Origin: Gemmatimonadota bacterium
Lineage (GTDB): Bacteria > Gemmatimonadota > Gemmatimonadetes > Palauibacterales > Palauibacteraceae
NCBI GenBank assembly: GCA_965116475.1
Contig: OZ220691.1
Location: 3,424,001 to 3,488,000 of the forward strand
Reading direction: 5' to 3'
Length of the DNA stretch: 64,000 bases
Position numbers and translations under genes: made by a program. Of this stretch, positions 62,137 to 64,000 are shown piece after piece. Numbering within the stretch: the first letter of the stretch is position 1; every line of letters begins with the position of its first letter. Under the pieces are notes generated by a model. That model did not search any database, was not told the origin of the DNA, and saw only the letters and a list, made by a program, of their open reading frames with translations.

Positions 62137-63141
62137 TTGAGACGACGCGCGATCGCAGCGCTCGTGCTTTTCCTGGGGGTTCTGATCAGCCAGGGTTGCG
62201 GCGCCGAATATCCGCAATCCGCACTGCACCCCAGTTCAGATTCGGCCACGATCATCGACCGGCTCTTCGACCAGATCTTCTGGTGGGCGGTCGGCGTGTT
62301 CGTCGTGGTGGGGGGCATCCTCATCTACGTGGTCGTCCGCTTTCGCGAGCGGCCGGGCGACGGGCGGCCGAAGCAGGTCCACGGCCACCTTCTCCTCGAA
62401 GTGGGTTGGACGCTGGCCCCGGCGCTCATCCTCGTGGCGATCGCGATTCCGACCATCCGCGCCATCTTCATCATCGACCGCTCGACGCCGGACCCGGAGG
62501 CGCTCGTCATCGAGGTCATCGGCAAGCAGTGGTGGTGGGAATTCCGCTATCCGGAACTCGGCATCGTGACGGCGAACGAGGCGCACGTCCCGCTGGGCCG
62601 CACCGTCGACCTGAGGCTCCGTTCCGCCGACGTCATGCATTCGTTCTGGATCCCGCGCCTGGCCGGAAAGCGGGACCTCGTGCCGGGGATCGAGAACCAG
62701 CTCTGGTTCCGGCCGGATTCCGTCGGCGTGTACCACGGGCAGTGCGCGGAGTTCTGCGGCACGGCGCACGCGCTCATGGGGATGCGCGTGATCGTGGACG
62801 AACCCGGGGAGTTCGAGCGCTGGGCGCGGGCGAACGCGGAGCCGGCTTCGACGCCCGGGGACGCGGAGGCGCGGGCGGGGCAGGGCGTGTTCATGGCGAA
62901 CGCGTGCGTGAGCTGTCACACGGTGAGAGGGACGCCGGCGGCGGGGCCGTTCGGCCCCGACCTCACCCACTTCGGGAGCCGGCTCACGATCGCCTCGGGC
63001 GTACTCGAGAACACGCCCGCGAACCTGGTGCGCTGGCTGGATTCCACCCAGCACGTGAAACCCGGAAACCTGATGCCCGAGGTGGAGCTGAGCGACGCAC
63101 AGATTCGCCAGCTCGTCGCCTACCTCGGCTCGCTGCGTTAG
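62137..63141 (+). CDS. coxB: Cytochrome c oxidase subunit II with fused cytochrome c (caa3 type)
   Basis: Lipobox-like SQGC, two [28 protein letters not shown] (CuA), CVSCH heme c motif. Confidence 0.96.
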   Translation: MRRRAIAALVLFLGVLISQGCGAEYPQSALHPSSDSATIIDRLFDQIFWWAVGVFVVVGGILIYVVVRFRERPGDGRPKQVHGHLLLEVGWTLAPALILVAIAIPTIRAIFIIDRSTPDPEALVIEVIGKQWWWEFRYPELGIVTANEAHVPLGRTVDLRLRSADVMHSFWIPRLAGKRDLVPGIENQLWFRPDSVGVYHGQCAEFCGTAHALMGMRVIVDEPGEFERWARANAEPASTPGDAEARAGQGVFMANACVSCHTVRGTPAAGPFGPDLTHFGSRLTIASGVLENTPANLVRWLDSTQHVKPGNLMPEVELSDAQIRQLVAYLGSLR

Positions 63142-63145
63142 CGCC

Positions 63146-64000
63146 ATGGCGATGACCGACGCGCATTCCACCGGAATCCTGAGCTGGCTGACGACGGTCG
63201 ACCACAAGCGGATCGCGATCATGTACTTCGTGGTCGGGTTCGTCTTCCTCCTCATCGCGGGCGTCGAGGGGCAGCTCATCCGGCTGCAGCTCGCCGCCCC
63301 CGAGCGCAGCTTCCTCGATCCGGACCTGTACAACCAGTTGTTCACGATGCACGGCACGACGATGGTGTTCTTCGCCGGCATGCCGCTCGTCGTCGCCTTC
63401 TTCAACTTCGTCGTGCCCCTGCAGATCGGGGCGCGCGATGTCGCCTTCCCGCGCCTGAACGCGTTCTCCTTCTGGGTCTTCCTCTTCGGCGGCCTCTTCC
63501 TGTACGCGAGCGTCCCGCTCCGCGTGATGCCCGATGGGGGCTGGTTCGCGTACATGCCGCTGACGAACCCCGAGTATTCGCCGGGGCCGGGCATCGACTT
63601 CTACGTCCTCGCGCTCCTGATCTCCGGCGTGGGGTCGATCGCGGGCGGACTGAACTTCCTCGTCACGATCCTCAACATGAGGGCGCCGGGGATGACGTTC
63701 ATGCGGATGCCGCTCTTCACCTGGATGGCGCTCATCGTCTCCGCGCTCATCCTGCTCGCCTTCCCGCCCTTCACGGTCGGCCTGATCTTCATGCTCTTCG
63801 ACCGCAGCTTCGGAACGCACTTCTTCGACGCGGCGGCGGGCGCGGACCCCGTCCTCTGGCAGCACCTGTTCTGGGTCTTCGGCCACCCCGAGGTCTACAT
63901 CCTCATCCTGCCCGCCTTCGGCATCGTGTCGGACGTGATCCCGACGTTCTCGCGGAAGATCCTGTTCGGGTATCCCGTCGTCGTCTTCTCGGGCGTCCTC
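63146..64000 (+). CDS. ctaD: Cytochrome c oxidase subunit I, 5' part (runs off window end; not in the ORF track)
   Basis: Manual translation: [60 protein letters not shown] (A1-type motif). Confidence 0.96.
   Translation, partial: MAMTDAHSTGILSWLTTVDHKRIAIMYFVVGFVFLLIAGVEGQLIRLQLAAPERSFLDPDLYNQLFTMHGTTMVFFAGMPLVVAFFNFVVPLQIGARDVAFPRLNAFSFWVFLFGGLFLYASVPLRVMPDGGWFAYMPLTNPEYSPGPGIDFYVLALLISGVGSIAGGLNFLVTILNMRAPGMTFMRMPLFTWMALIVSALILLAFPPFTVGLIFMLFDRSFGTHFFDAAAGADPVLWQHLFWVFGHPEVYILILPAFGIVSDVIPTFSRKILFGYPVVVFSGVL

Overview
High-GC (about 70%, by eye) bacterial chromosomal window made up almost entirely of core genes. Protein families and gene order suggest Gemmatimonadota, possibly a marine or sponge-associated Palauibacter-like lineage; this is inference and needs a marker-gene check. 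In order: partial manC (minus strand); lipoprotein-serS-orphan sensor kinase-pcrA/uvrD; murA-pgeF; a Bacillus-like rimP-nusA-L7Ae-infB-DUF503-rbfA-truB-ribF-[beta-propeller]-rpsO-pnp-M16 peptidase-ald block; mreBCD-mrdA-rodA-accD-folC-brx-hisS-guaA-Nif3; an OPT transporter/lipoprotein/MlaEFD operon (minus strand); clpB; a glycosyltransferase with mce; trxA-rsmI followed by four uncharacterised envelope genes (DUF4175-like, TPR-like, secreted GATase-like, TonB/TolA-like); valS-Ig lipoprotein-selA-purN-purH; msrP without msrQ; and the start of a caa3-type oxidase operon. I found no rRNA, tRNA, CRISPR array, transposase or integrase. Best leads: (1) exported proteins are rich in the Bacteroidota O-glycosylation sequon D-(S/T)-(A/I/L/V/M/T), with tandem arrays in one lipoprotein; (2) a possible energised trans-envelope complex at 45405-52866; (3) a sigma54-type promoter ahead of clpB; (4) candidate leader RNAs and a leader peptide at rimP, rpsO and mreB; (5) probable CTG starts overlapping upstream TGA stops. 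All calls come from motif recognition by eye; no database searches were run.
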